A DNA stretch of 63,209 bases, counting the filler, from Lenisia limosa (taxonomy: Eukaryota; Protista; Breviatea): the NCBI GenBank assembly GCA_001655205.1. It is 14 parts of 14 records of this genome, joined end to end, with 100 filler letters (N's around TTAATTAATTAA, not from the genome) between each part and the next. Parts side by side here need not be neighbours in the genome. Positions count along the whole stretch, not along the records: positions 34,695 to 49,728 come from LPNZ01007132.1; positions 49,829 to 51,741 come from LPNZ01002697.1; 12 more parts are not named here. One strand, given 5' to 3'. Under the pieces are notes generated by a model. That model worked only from the letters and a program-made list of their open reading frames with translations, searched no databases and was not told the DNA's origin. Positions 36,064 through 50,433 of the stretch are shown one piece after another; position 1 is the first letter of the stretch; each line of letters starts with the position of its first letter. Made by a program: the position numbers and the translations under genes.

Positions 36064-39000
36064 ATGTCTGAAGCTGAGCTTAAAGCGCAGGGAAATGCCG
36101 CCTTCCAGGCTGGTGACTTTGACAAGGCTATTGAGATGTTTACTAAGGTTTGAAGGGGTTTAGTTTGAATGGGCATTTTCCTTGAATTGCCTCTCCTTGC
36201 TCATCTCTCCAGGCTATCGAGGTGAACTCTAAGAACCATGTAAGAACGGGAAATACATAGTGTAGAAGTTTCCTTTTTGACAAGGTCACAGATATTCTCT
36301 TTTCATCCAGCTCTTGTACTTACTGTCCTGGTTGACTGTTAGGTACTCTACTCCAATCGCTCTGCTGCCTATGCGGGTAAGAAAGACTATATGAAAGCCC
36401 TCGAAGACGGAAAGAAAACTGTTGAGATCAAGCCTGACTGGGCAAAGGGATACAGCCGGCGTGGTCTTGCTGAGCAACAGCTTGGCATGCTCGAAGAGGC
36501 CATGGAAACTTACAAAACTGGTCTTAAGGTTGGTGGTATTGATCTTTAGTTGCTAAGAATGGAATAATGAAAGACAATTTTGAGACTGGTAGCTTGCCTT
36601 ACCCAATTAGATTGATGGCAACAATGCTGCCCTCCAAGCTGGACTCAAAGACTGCGAAGAGCTGATCAAGAGTAGGGGGAAAGAATTGCTTGTATTCTTT
36701 TTTTTTTTTTTTTTAACAAATTGAATTGGATTTTTACAAGGATCTTTTTTGTTTTTTTTTCTTCTCGTGCTATTCCGAATCGGTTGCCTCATCTAGTTCG
36801 CTTTGCTGTTCTCACCACATCCCCCATAGATCCCTTTGCTAAGGTCTTCAATGCTTCAACTCTTGACAAAATTGCCGCGAGTAGGAGTGGATCAGTTTTT
36901 TAAAAACTGTTTCATCATAAGCTGAGACACGATTCTTATTTCTCATTTCTACATATGATATTATCATCAACCTCATATGCCTTGCCCCTCACCCCCTAGA
37001 TCCCCAGCTTTGTGGTTATCTTGCTGACGCGCAGTACGTCTCAATCATCAAGGGTTGCATGAAAAACCCCCAACTGGTTCAAAAGTGTGTAAGACATGCT
37101 TTGCTTGATAGTAGTTTGTCTTGTCGTGGTCTCAAAAGTTGGATTCGTGTAATAACAGTACAGCTATATGCAAGACCAGCGTATTACTCAGACCCTTCTT
37201 GCTCTCCTTGGTATTGATGCTGTAAGGGGGAATTTGTTTTGTGGTATTTTCTGAATATAATCCGGGGGGATTTCAACATTTTATGTTAACCAGCATAAAA
37301 TTATAATAATAATAATAATAAAGGCTGGTATTCACTTTGTACCTTATCCCCAGTTTTATCTTTCAGAGTATGGCACAAGGAGCCAACGCCCCGGCTGCCG
37401 AGGAGAAGTTCCAGGAGACTATGGAGCCCGAGGAACCCATTACGGAGCCTGAAGTGAGGAATGGGGAGGGGAGGGGGGCTTTTTTGGCTTCCTTACCTTT
37501 TTCTTCAGATCTGTTTTTTTTTTTGTCTGATTTCCATTTGACGTTCTTAGCCCGAGCTCACAGAGGAGGAGCAAGCGACCAAGAATGCCGAAGAGAAGGC
37601 TGCAGCCTTGAAAGCAGAAGGCACGGCCGCATACAAGGCTAAGAACTTCCCTGTTGCTCTGGAGAAGTATAACGTGGGGATGTTACTAAGATATTCTTAA
37701 ATCTAGTTGATAAGCTCATGGTACATCACGCCTTTCTATCTTTGACCGTTTAGGCTGCCAAGGAGATCGACAGCAAGAATGTGACTTACTCACTCAACAT
37801 CGCCTGTAGGTATTGGAATGCCTTTAGCTACTCGGATATAGTACCATGATCCAATCCTCTCATTTATGACCACCCAGCTGTCTATCTTGAAATGGGAGAC
37901 TTTGACAAGTGTCATGAAGCCTGTGACTCGGCTCTGGAGCTCGCCAAAGAAACTTTTGCTGACTTCAAAATCATTGCCAAGTGGGGAACGGTGTTACAGC
38001 TGGTTTTCAGTGCCACAACCACAGCCTGGATCGAGTTCATTCTTAAAACTTTTTTGAAGTCGTCATGCTTTAGGGTGTACGCTCGCCACGGTAACTGCTA
38101 CATGAAGGAAGAGAAGTACAAGGAGGCGGTTGAGGTTGGTAGGAGCCCATTGGATACGTGTTACCATATTGGTACAGTGGCATTTACTTTGGACTCTGCT
38201 ACACCATTAGTGATTTCTATTGGGTGGCTATCGTCTGATGGTGGTATTGTTGCTTCATACACTATAGAGCTACAAGGCCTCTCTGATGGAGAACCGCGCA
38301 CCGGATGTGCTGAAGAAACTTCAACAAGCGGAAAAGACCCTCAAAATCCAGACCGAGATGGAGTACAGAGACGAAGAGAAGGTTGACTTTTTTTTTTCTC
38401 TATACATACTTTTCATTTGTCGTTCGATATCAGTTAAAATAGATAAGCCGACCTCTCACATTACAGGCGCAAGCTGCAAAGGAACTTGGAAATGAAGCTT
38501 TTAAAACCTTCAAGTTCCCTGGTATGTTATGTTGAGGCTTCTTTTTCTGTATCTCTGAAGCAGTATTTTCCCACCCTCTGACGGTACCATAGAGGCCATC
38601 AAGCATTACTCCGAGGCTATCAAAAGGAACCCCGATGATCCCAAACTCTACTCCAACCGTGCTGCAGCTTACACCAAAGTAAGAAGGGGGGGGGGGGTAT
38701 TTCTTAGCTCATTTNNNNNNNNNNNNNNNNNNNNNNNNNNNNNNNNNNNNNNNNNNNNNNNNNNNNNNNNNNNNNNNNNNNCTTGCTGAGCCCCGTCTTG
38801 CCCTCAAGGACGCAGACAAGGCCATTGAGCTTGACCCCACTTTCATTAAAGCTCATTTGCACAAGGCCAACTGTCACTTTGTCTCAAAGGAGCACCACAA
38901 GGCGCTGAGTTCATACGAGGCTAGTAGGAGGGGAGCTAAACTGTCGTCTTCCACAGCAATATTGTTTAATTCTTATAATATTTGTACCACATTAATACTT

Positions 39001-39673
39001 TCTCCCCCCCCCCCCCCNNNNNNNNNNNNNNNNNNNNNNNNNNNNNNNNNNNNNNNNNNNNNNNNNNNNNNNNNNNNNNNNNNNNNNNNNNNNNNNNNNN
39101 NNNNNNNNNNNNNNNNNNNNNNNNNNNNNNNNNNNNNNNNNNNNNNNNNNNNNNNNNNNNNNNNNNNNNNNNNNNNNNNNNNNNNNNNNNNNNNNNNNNN
39201 NNNNNNNNNNNNNNNNNNNNNNNNNNNNNNNNNNNNNNNNNNNNNNNNNNNNNNNNNNNNNNNNNNNNNNNNNNTCCCCACCAGGAGGACAAGACTAATG
39301 CCGCGCGTAATGCTCAAGATCCCGAAATTCAAAAACTGCTCCAAGACCCTTACACCAACCAAATCCTCCAAGAGGTTCAAGACCCTGCCCGGTACGGCCT
39401 TGTGCTTTTATACTGACATTCCTTCACCATTGCTTTATCTTATAAATTACTTCCATCTTGTTGTCCTTCAGTCNNNNNNNNNNNNNNNNNNNNNNNNNNN
39501 NNNNNNNNNNNNNNNNNNNNNNNNNNNNNNNNNNNNNNNNNNNNNNNNNNNNNNNNNNNNNNNNNNNNNNNNNNNNNNNNNNNNNNNNNNNNNNNNNNNN
39601 NNNNNNGGCGGACCCAGTCAAGATGGGCATTATCAACAAGCTTGTTGCTGCCGGTGTCATCAAGGTCAAGTAG
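36064..39673 (+). CDS. STI1: Hsp70/Hsp90 organising co-chaperone STI1/HOP (TPR1-DP1-TPR2A-TPR2B-DP2), about 17 exons
   Basis: [28 protein letters not shown]|AIEVNSKNH|[20 protein letters not shown]; [13 protein letters not shown]; [34 protein letters not shown]; [16 protein letters not shown]; [13 protein letters not shown]. Confidence 0.96.
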
Positions 39674-40329
39674 ACCCTTTTCTTCAAATATGCATCCCTT
39701 TCTTTCATCCACTCAGTTGACAGTTGCTTCTACCAACGAAAAACTATACTGTACATTTCTAGGCCCTTGAGTCAACTACACATTATTGACAACACTTCCT
39801 GTGGAATCGGTTCCAATCTTAAAAGTGAAAACGTATCAAAGTCAAGAAATCCTGAAATGTTCAAGAGTAATGTACAACACGGATATAATATCATCTAAGC
39901 TATCCCCTCTACCTCTGGTACTGATCCCGAAATGTCAACATAGTCATGGCTCTCAAATTCTTCCGTATCTTGGGAGGTGCGAGGTATCTCCAATGAGTCT
40001 TCTGATTTGTGTCATACAACGAAGTGATTAAGAAGGTTGCTTTCAAAATCATATGGAGGTAGGGCTCTAACTTTTTTCTTAACATTTAGGATAAAAAAAG
40101 ATATTATCTCAATGAACCAGGGTATCATAGTATCTGCTATGAAATATCAGAACCAAAAGTCAAACCTTCAAACGGAGCACCCTTGTCAATAATCGACAAC
40201 ACCAATCTGACAAATTTATAACGGACTGTAACGAAAACAATTACACTTAGAGGGGAAAATAGGAAATATTCCCAGCTTACGCCATGATAAAGAGAAGTGG
40301 AAGGCAAATCACCACCAGGAGCTCAGGTG

Positions 40330-42310
40330 TCGAATTCTAACCCGTAAAAAAGGAACTTTTATTCTAAAATTCAGTACCACCTCACGGTTTCATCATCAAC
40401 TTCAATAGCGTATTTGGCAATAAGTGAAGAAGCAACTGGAAGGAACAAACAGCCACGACGAAGGCCTGAGACCTGGTTGGGTGAGTAGTTGTGATGGCGC
40501 TAATATAAAAAACCGAATGAATAAGGCCTACATGGGGTAATCTGTACGGCTTCCACAAGATATCAAGGAGAAGAACTAGGAACGAGAACACAAGAATGGC
40601 AGTGGTAAGGAGCGCGGCATCATCGCGGTTATGAGACAAGAAAACAGCGGCAATGCACAGAACAAATTTGGCTGCGGGGTGTTTTTAGGAGGCAACAGTT
40701 AAAAAAACAAATGGTCCAAGAAGAAAAAAAATTCATTTCGAATGCCNNNNNNNNNNNNNNNNNNNNNNNNNNNNNNNNNNNNNNNNNNNNNNNNNNNNNN
40801 NNNNNNNNNNNNNNNNNNNNNNNNNNNNNNNNNNNNNNNNNNNNNNNNNNNNNNNNNNNNNNNNNNNNNNNNNNNNNNNNNNNNNNTCTCCATGGGCATT
40901 GACCACTTCGGTCGTAAGCCTCATGGCTATGAAGTAGTAGGGAAGGAGAAGGAAGGCAAGCAGAACGTAAATGAAGTGGTTGTCTTTCCAGCACTATCAG
41001 TGTTATATTTGGGGAAACAAGGATAAGATTCTAATCCTTAGACGGACATTCTACCCAAGATTTGATATTATTTGACCCAGAAACACAGCAAACAATCACC
41101 CTTTTGCATACTTTTACCTCAGGGTCAACATACACAAACGCTTCCTAAATAGTTAACAATACACACAATTGTAAATTTGGAATCCCAAGGAATAAATAGA
41201 CCCCCCCCCCCACTTTTCCTTCCGGGTAATGACAGTCCAAGGCAGGTAGCACGTTGATGAAGATTGTGACCACAAGAAACACGTAAAAAACCTCACTGAA
41301 CACTCTCATACGAAGCTGCCGACTGCAAACATGAGGTAATGCAAAAAAAAAAAGCTTATCACAAATAAACAAAGGTGCATCCCTCACGCTCTCGCGGCAG
41401 CCTCTGAGCGGCCACCAAAATCATTGAACAAAAGGAGAAACGTGAGAAGGAAGCCAACAATCAGAATACTAGGCGGTCAGTGGTACAACTCTTGCATCAA
41501 TATTGACTTGATGTGGAGGGGGGGTCTGCTTCCAACAATAGTATACCAGGCATACATTGAGCAAATAGTAAAGATTGTGGGCCAGGAATCATCAGACATT
41601 CTTAAGAGGGTTGCTCGGAAGAAGTCGTATACCCCATATTTGTCGGACCACGACACTAAAAAGTTAGCTGAAAAAAAGTGCCACCCCCACCTCCTTGAAC
41701 AAACACAAGAGCTGAGAGCTGAATCGCATCAACTACCGCCAAACCAACCTACACGGTAAGGCCTTCTTTTTCTGGAAGTAAATGTGAATATAGTAATACG
41801 GGAATCAACAGGTGTCTGTCAACTTGAACAAAAATACACAAATAACACAAGGGTTGGAGGGGGNNNNNNNNNNNNNNNNNNNNNNNNNNNNNNNNNNNNN
41901 NNNNNNNNNNNNNNNNNNNNNNNNNNNNNNNNNNNNNNNNNNNNNNNNNNNNCCTGACTTCCTCAATTTACCAAGACTTTGAATATCTATAACATTACTT
42001 CGCAACCAGCAAAATCCAATGACAAAAAAAAACGTCAAATAAAACATTTGATCCTGTGGAGGAAAATGATTGCTAAATGCATGGAATTGAAAAATGCTGT
42101 CAAATAGTGAAGTGATCGATAATTCAGATGGAATGCCTACCAAAGCAAGGGGCACACCAACAACTCAGCCAGACTAAAGTGAAAAGAACACAAAAGATGA
42201 TCACAGTAAGCTCTAGAGGATCCATTTTAACGATAGAGAGGAGAAGAACAGAACACTAGAGCCGAGACTTGGCAAAACCAAGAAGATGTTACCACTTTTC
42301 AAGATATACT
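40330..42310 (-). CDS. Putative multi-pass membrane protein, multi-exon
   Basis: Hydrophobic exons: AAKFVLCIAAVFLSHNRDDAALLTTAILVFSFLVLLLDIL; RMRVFSEVFYVFLVVTIFINVLPAL; YGVYDFFRATLLRMSDDSWPTIFTICSMYAW. Confidence 0.45.
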
Positions 42311-42610
42311 CTGTCTAGTAATTCAGTTTAACAATATTTTTGTGTTTTTATCATGTTAATACTACTTTAATGCTGTAAGGTGATCAACTGAGGTTACAAG
42401 GCTAAACCTACTTTAATAAAAATTGGCCTCTAAAACAACAACAACAATTTAACAAGAGAAACAGAAAGTAGACAGAAAGTAAAAAGAGGAAGAACTCTGT
42501 AAATGATTTCTAATTTCGTATATGAACTGAACTGATTGCTCAAGAGTCACCCAGTTTTCTTTTCACCAGATTTTGATTTTTTTTCATTTCCTTTTACTTG
42601 AACGGACATA

Positions 42611-42974
42611 ATGGTTAGTTGGAGTGAGGGTGAAGATGCGCGTAATGAAGTTGAATTATCATCATGTATCATTAGTTTAAGCTTTGTGTTGTTTTGAAGT
42701 TCATTTAGATATATTCAGAGATCTAACTGGTTTTTAGCCTTCTCACAAGAGCCTCCGCACCAAGAAGACCCTGGCCAAGAAGACTCGCCAGAACCGCCCT
42801 CTTCCCCAATGGTTCCGCATGAAGACCGATACTAAGATCCGGTTGGTAGCTCTAAGTTTTTTGTTCACTTTATATTTTTTCACCTGCTTTGTTCCTCACG
42901 TTGAATCACACAACTAACATCTTAGCTGGAACTCCAAGCGTCGCAACTGGCGTCGTACCAAGATCGGCATCTAA
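42611..42974 (+). CDS. RPL39: 60S ribosomal protein L39 (eL39), 3 exons
   Basis: M|[35 protein letters not shown]|[15 protein letters not shown]. Confidence 0.97.
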
Positions 42975-43355
42975 GCAATTAGAGCTCTGCTCATTGTTCG
43001 CTCTTGTACTCTTCTGAATACAGCGTATGTGTCCAAATTGAAGGTGTGGCTATTCTTTTGGTGTTTTGTGGGATAGGTTTCTGTTACTCCAACAATAGTT
43101 AAATTTGACGTTCTATTAGCTTGGTACATGTAGAAAGAGTGACTTGGAAGATCACTCTTATCAGAAACACACCTAAACCTTGCTGAAACCTGAGTAATTT
43201 ATTGGTTGTAAAACACAAGGGGAAAGGAATGAGAGTGACGAGATTCGAATAATACCCTCTTATTATGGAAATGTATTTGTTAATAAAATTTTCTTCATCC
43301 ATTTTCAAAGAAACTAAACACAGCAAGGTGTGTACTAACCATACAACCATAATGT

Positions 43356-44297
43356 TTACTTCGACCATGTCAACTAAAACCAATTAGTCAAAACATATGA
43401 AAAATAAAGGGGTGGGAAGGTATATGGTAAGGAGGGGCAAGTCAGAAACGACCACTCACTAGCCCTACCTCAATTGCCGCCTTCTCTTCCATGTCCTTGT
43501 AATAAGAGTCAACGCGATTGGTCTCCTCAAAGCCCATGGCTCTGTAAAATTCAATGGCATTTGTGTTCGAGGGCTGGAGAGTTAGAGGAATTGGTAAAGA
43601 ACAATACAATGTAGGTACTTTCGCCCTGGGAGAAATAAAATTGTCCCCCTAGTTTTACCTGTTTGAACATTATACACCATCATAAAGAAACAAAGAAGGC
43701 TGTGAAGAAAAATACATCAGAGTATGAAATAAAATATCTGTTATGGAGCCAGAGAAACAAAAAAAAAGAGGTCTTCAACTTTGAAAACCCCAACCCACTT
43801 GAACATGGAGATAAACGCTCTGTGCCCCATGAGCCTTCTTTTTTTTGATACAATCGATTACATGACTCACTAACGCCTTTCCTAGGGGATGATAACTTCA
43901 TAAGATATCAAACAACATTCTGTGGTAATTGGGGTGTGAAAACAATAAAATGATACTACCACATACCAACACCAAGCCGCCTATAGGCAGGGAGTACACC
44001 CAGTGTCCTAATGTATATTTTTGGGCTCTTTGGTTGAGCAGTATCCACAGTGCAGATAACGTTTCCAACAAGGTTGTCACCGTAATAGGCTGAGTGATGA
44101 GAGGTACCTTTTATTGGCGGCAAAAATAAACATAAAAGTCAAAACTCCAACAAAATCCTACCGAGCTGGTTCAGATGCGGCTCTTTCGCAGCGTCAAGGA
44201 AGAAAGATGCAGGGTATTTGATTGGAAACAGAATCACACATAGCATTTCCAATTGCTTGGCCTTCTTCGTGTTGTATGTATCAAGTTGAAAATGCAT
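43356..44297 (-). CDS. NAA50: N-alpha-acetyltransferase 50 (NatE catalytic subunit, GNAT)
   Basis: KQLEMLCVILFPIKYPASFF; YGDNLVGNVICTVD..IYIRTLGVLPAYRRLGVG; SNTNAIEFYRAMGFEETNRVDSYYK. Last exon tentative. Confidence 0.88.
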
Positions 44298-44809
44298 GTT
44301 GGATATGACGGATATTACTCAAAATGTTTAGGAGAAAGGGAATATAATACGCTGAGCTAGGCTGAGACAGGCTACTGATTATATGATTATATAACCAATT
44401 AACAGACCGATTGATTGTAGGCGGTGGTCAGCAAAATGAAATATGTGTTTGGGGGGGGGGGGGNNNNNNNNNNNNNNNNNNNNNNNNNNNNNNNNNNNNN
44501 NNNNNNNNNNNNNNNNNNNNNNNNNNNNNNNNNNNNNNNNCATCATCACGTTATCAAGTTTTACGAGGCTGCCACGCTGCCACCAACCAAACAACAAGGA
44601 AAGGGACGAAGAGAGCCCATGGGGCATCACGAACTTCGGCAACTTTTTTGTTCCGACATTTGGCATTGAGGAGGTTTGACATCAGCATCACAGTGAATCT
44701 CTCGTGTATCTATACCAACCACCAAGTGAATGTGAATGTGAGAAGGGAAGAAGGGTATGTGGTGTGCCGCTCTTAGCTACTCATCACTCATCAATCACAA
44801 TCAAGAAAG

Positions 44810-47800
44810 ATGCGAGGAGTCGACTTTCTGTACTTGGTGTGGGTGCTGTTGGTAGCTGACCTTTCTATGGTTCAAGCCACTGTCAAGGTTTGTTGACCTG
44901 TATGGATATGCTATTTTAGACTATGGTTCGTCCCTGCTCACCATTCTGGAAGCGATTTTTTTTTTTGCACTATTTGCATGGCACATTTCAACCCCCGCAG
45001 GTTACTGGTCCCGATTTCTTTCAATTGTTCTCTTCCACTCCGACCTTTCACTTTGAGACCGTCATCAACTACCTTCCTGTTGAACTGAGAGTGGGCAGGG
45101 GTGTAGGTGGAGAAACAATAAATGTATGGTCTTACAAACGGATCATTTTGGTATCATTTAACAAACTTTAGGGCTTACCTTGGAATGCAGGCCAAATGTG
45201 TGCATATGGAGGCCATATGTATGTTGTCTATGGTAGCACTCCCTATAATGTTGCTGCAATCAATCTATTCGACAACAGTCTACAAAGTGTACATAGCTTC
45301 CCTGTTGAACCGCAGTTTATGTGCAACGATGTTCGTTCCTACATTTACTNNNNNNNNNNNNNNNNNNNNNNNNNNNNNNNNNNNNNNNNNNNNNNNNNNN
45401 NNNNNNNNNNNNNNNNNNNNNNNNNNNNNNNNNNNNNNNNNNNNNNNNNNNNNNNNNNNNNNNNNNNNNNNNNCTGTCTCTTATTAGCTCGGCCAGAACA
45501 ACCTTGTTTTGTTTCACATCGCAATATAGCTACCTTTGAAGTACTCGTCCACTTTCACAATAATTCTCACCAATCACAGTGGAAGGTACTCCGGGAGAGG
45601 TGATCAGCATTGATACGTGGACGACTGTTGCAAATGTGGTGAGATAAAAAATTCTAGAGCGATGAATTGTTGAAATGAACTTCAATTCTCATACCCAGGA
45701 ATGTATCCGAGTGTACTCAGCTGGTTGTATGCTTCAAACAACTTACATGGGATTTAGTAGGGCGGTAGTTCGTTGGATTGATTTGTGAAGTCATAAAAAT
45801 TTGAGGCACCTAACACCACAGTTCCGTTGTTAGAGGAAGCAGGGAAGTCACTTGGAGCCCCAATGTCCTTCTTCAGCCCAAACCAAATCACAATCGACAG
45901 GTCAGCAAAGCCTGTTTTGCTGAAACAGTGGTTTCACTTTGCTTTTGTGTGCTTCAGACATTTATGGCTTTTTTTACTTGTTTATTTCATCTTTCAGGTT
46001 TCAGATTATTTATATTGTCACCGACGGGAGTGGTAATACATTTTACAAACTGGATTACTCAGGTTGGACATTATTGTTTTCTCAAATTTAGTTTTCTACA
46101 GCCTTAACAGGAGTCTAAGTTAATAAATTCAGGTCAACTTGAAAGTTCCATGCTCATTGCTGCTAAGTATAACCCAGATGAAGCCTATGGAAGTCGACTT
46201 TGGGGTTTGAGGGGGACATCTAGAAAGAGTGATAATATCATGATACTATGCTTTCATAAGCATTGGTGCATTAACTACGTTATTCTTATAATTCATAGAA
46301 AATGGCGATCCGGTCATGTCTATCGGGTCACAAGAGCCATTTGCTTACTCCGCTGCCCCCTCGAACTTCGGCATGGACGTGACTGGGTACATTTATATTC
46401 AAGGATGTGGGTGCCATGGGAGCCGGTATTTTTTTTAGGGGGAAAGAGTTCCTTTTGAGAAGAACTTTACAACACAGTCACCACTTGCCAGTGCATGTTT
46501 TGTACAGTTCCGGTGCCAACTGTGGACAAATTTCCTGTAAGCGATTTGTTACAGATTTTGTGGAGAAGATTAAAAAATCGAAGACAGTTTTATTTGTGAG
46601 ATTTGAATTGAAAAAAGTAAAAAAAGTATTGTTTGTGAGATTTCTCTATTCCAATAATTGTCTATTTCATTTTTATTTTTATTTTCCAAAAAATAACCAT
46701 TTTTCACTCCCACGCAGTTCCATCCGAAGGTTGAAAGTGTTAATATGAGCCCCACTGTTTCTCACACAGTGAGGACTTCTATTCGAAACAGATCTTTCAT
46801 CACACTATTCCAAATACATGGTGGGTCTATTAGGAAACAGAATCAGAATCAAGTCCAAGTTTCCGTTTTTACATTCTGTAGAAGCCACAGCAAGCCGTAT
46901 GAGAAGTCCGTTTGTGAGTGTTTTTGCCTTTGAGAGCGCTACAGATGTTACTGTATCTTCGTGTGATTTGTCTGTTGTACCCAAAGCCCAGGCTGTCAAA
47001 TGCGGTTTGTGAATGCCACTTCTTCCTTATTGATGATACTCTGAAGATGTAGATATTTTCGTCGTTTTGAATGTTCAATATTAGACTTTCGAGTTTTGCT
47101 TTTACCACTCAGATGGAAGTTACATTGGAAGTAGCCCAGCCCTTGGTGCGGCTGATGCCTTTACGTTTGGCCTGGACTTCTCAGTTGTGAGTAAGCTGAC
47201 TCCATCTTTTGGCACCGTTGCTGTAAAAGTGCATTTTAAACTAACTGTTCAGATGATGGGTCCTCTATTTCTTTTGCAAACTATTCAAGATTTTATTACC
47301 GTTTTGGTGACAATCGTGAGGAGCGGGGATTGCTGGAGTCATTGGTGTTTTTTTTTTTTTACTGCTTTGTCACTCTCTTTTAGTTGTGCTGAGTTTGCCC
47401 ACTTCATCTGTAATAAAGGAGGTTGCATCATTTGAAAACTCACAATACCACACATTGTTCCTTTTCTTTGGTAAGAAAAACAGTTCTTTACATCTTCAAA
47501 GAAAACGGGGTAAATCTAATGGCCACTTACCTTATCACCCATTCTCAGATACAACCACTCGGGCAATCAGTACGCAATTCCTCTTCAATAGCGTTTTTTC
47601 CCTCCCCGACACCCATGAGTTCGACCTCTTATCCCTTGACAGCTTGAACAGGGTTTGCTGGTCTTTTTTTACTTGAAGCAGCATAAGATAGTCGTAAGAG
47701 TTACAAAGTAATGCTCCTTTGTTAACTGTTTCAGATGACAAGCTTCCACTTCAACATGTACCCTTTCTTCTTCTGCTATACTCTTGGTAAACTTGGTCTT

Positions 47801-49728
47801 TTTATGAAGGGAATTTGACAGTGAAAAATCTCATAATAGTATATGAAAGAAAGGATAATACTAAGGGAATAATGCTGAATGAAACAGACTTAGACAATTT
47901 ATCCTTCCAGACGATGGGAGCGCCTACACTATTTCAGATTCTTCCGGGGAGACTCCTTTCGTCTTTGAAGAGAAATTGTATGTTATAGAAATCACCCAAG
48001 AGTTTCTTCTTTGTAAAAAGAGATTTTTTGTTTGTCTCGACAGATTGTATCCCTTTTTTTCTTGTCTCTTCCTGACCTCACAGAGAGACATTCTTCAACC
48101 TTGAATACGATACTGAAAGCTTCACTGCGGGCTTTCTTTCGGGTACGCATGCTTTACATGTTCCAGACTAAGTCCTTTGCGAACCTTCCTTCTCACCCCC
48201 CACCCCTGTTTTTAAAATGAGCTATAATGTTCTATTTGACCGCCCGCCCCCCCCAGAATCAGGAAACATTCATCGAGCGGATACAAAGGAACTCCTCTTT
48301 GGGATGGACTTTGAGTTTGGTCGGATAGTCAGGGCCGGAAGCCCCTTCGCCAACAAGTTTCCATTTGTTCTGACTGGTTTGGGGCTTCTTTACTGTTTCT
48401 GAGTTTCCTTTTCCACAATTACTGTTTTTTACTGAGTCAGATCGCTACTATCTCTTCCCAGTAATTAACATGAAGCTTGGTTATACTGTAACTGAAGTGA
48501 TCAATACGACCATCCCTGTGGAGTCGACGTTTGTGTTTGACACAAGTTGGTTTGGTTCACAAAAAAAAGGATAAAAAAGGGATGTACCATTCTAAACGTT
48601 ATGATACTATTTCAGAAACGTCTTAAACAACTTCCTCCAATATCAGCTTTCCTCTAATATTGTAGTTACCCCTCCTGTGCTCCTGGTGTCATCATACGTA
48701 TGCACATCTACTATCCGGATATTCAAAAAGAGCATTATCACGTGCACAGCCGATGCCTCCATGGACGCAGCACCTCCTGACTCAATTATTTTCTCAATTG
48801 CGTCAAGAGAAGTCCGCATTCCTGTCACCATATCGGGTATATGGGGTCTGATGTTTTTTATTTCTGATGTTTTGTTGTCAATGTTTGATAGTAGTGCTCT
48901 GAAGTGCTCATTAATGATTGATTTTACATTCACTTTTATTTATGATGATACTCTCTTTCAAAGAACCCACCATCTTATTACGAAACAGGGTACCACGTTT
49001 ATCAAATTAAATTGATTTTTAATCCTTGGCTAGAACTCAATTTATAGGAGCAATCATCACTGCCACTTTGCCGGACTCTTTCCGCTCACCCGCCATGAAC
49101 CTCGAAGTGGACCTCAAGTACTACCATACGGTTCTACACAGCTTCACTATCAAGACAGTTCAACCAACCTTACAAGTCGTCGACTCCGTGTTCTACCCTT
49201 CAACCATCCTGCAGTTTGATGTTGTCATGCCGCAGCCGGAATGGATTGTACTGGAGGCTGTTTTGGCTTTTACTGACTCCGACGGCATTCTGACAAACCT
49301 GCCTATTACGGACAGTAGGGGGCGGGGGGCTAGTATTGTTCACTGATATATTTGAAAACCCATTTGTCCTTTATATTCCTTTGGTCAAGTGCACCATAAC
49401 ACTTCCCTCCCCCAGACAAGGTAATGATCCCATCAACCGCAGCATATGGACCTGGTGTTATTGAGATATTTGACAACACAACCTTCATGGTTGTCTCCAA
49501 CAGTATCATCGTCCGACAACTCCCTGTCATCTAGTGAGATTTGACGGTGGCTATTTCCTAAGGGTGGAAAATCAGCGGTTAATAGTACTTGTATATCATA
49601 CTAGAATGTATCCATGACATTACACATCAGACATCCATTGTTTTTCGCTTTTTTAAAAGAACCCTCTTACGCTGCAGCTCTCTGAGCCCAGTGTCTATTA
49701 GTGCGGAGGAGCACGTGGACTATACAGT
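44810..49728 (+). CDS. Large secreted/surface protein of unknown family, beta-strand-rich, many exons, 3'-truncated
   Basis: Signal-peptide-like MRGVDFLYLVWVLLVADLSMVQATVK|, then in-frame exons (VTGPDFFQLFSSTPTFHF.., GQMCAYGGHMYVVYG.., ENGDPVMSIGSQEPF.., LLVSSYVCTSTIRIFKKSIITCTADAS.., ARTQFIGAIITATLPDSF..). Confidence 0.6.
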
Positions 49729-50433
49729 NNNNNNNNNNNNNNNNNNNNNNNNNNNNNNNNNNNNNNNNNNNNTTAATTAATTAANNNNNNNNNNNNNNNN
49801 NNNNNNNNNNNNNNNNNNNNNNNNNNNNCATTTTGTCCACTGATCCGCATTTTGTCCAGTGATCCGCATTTTGACTATATATATACTATATGAAATTAGT
49901 ATAATTAGCTATAATTATATGTACGATCTCTATGTAGTATGCTGGGGAGGCATGCAGAAAGCTATGTGCACAGAGTTGTCAGGCAACTGATTGGGTGAAT
50001 TAATATTATACTTTCTTATCATGATGTGGACGACAACCTCTTTTTTTTTTTTTTCTTATTGCTATATTATATAATAATACAATATTATTCTTCCTCATTT
50101 ANNNNNNNNNNNNNNNNNNNNNNNNNNNNNNNNNNNNNNNNNNNNNNNNNNNNNNNNNNNNNNNNNNNNNNNNNNNNNNNNNNNNNNNNNNNNNNNNNNN
50201 NNNNNNNNNNNNNNNNNNNNNNNNNNNNNNNNNNNNNNNNNNNNNNNNNNNNNNNNNNNNNNNNNNNNNNNNNNNNNNNNNNNNNNNNNNNNNNNNNNNN
50301 NNNNNNNNNNNNNNNNNNNNNNNNNNNNNNNNNNNNNNNNNNNATTTTTTTATTATTATTATTATTTTTATTATTATTTTTTTTATTGTTATTCTTTCCC
50401 CTCATAAATTTTCCTGTTTTTTTACCTTCCTAG

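Noticed and set aside
36064-42974. Non-standard genetic code (TAA/TAG reassigned)
   Set aside because: Conserved genes end at the expected place with TAG (STI1, SNARE) or TAA (RPL39), and their exons lack in-frame TAR codons.
48643-48933. Nested antisense 96-aa gene (MNVKSIINEHF...)
   Set aside because: It overlaps a plus-strand AG/GT-bounded exon of the 44810-49728 gene and is most likely its antisense shadow.
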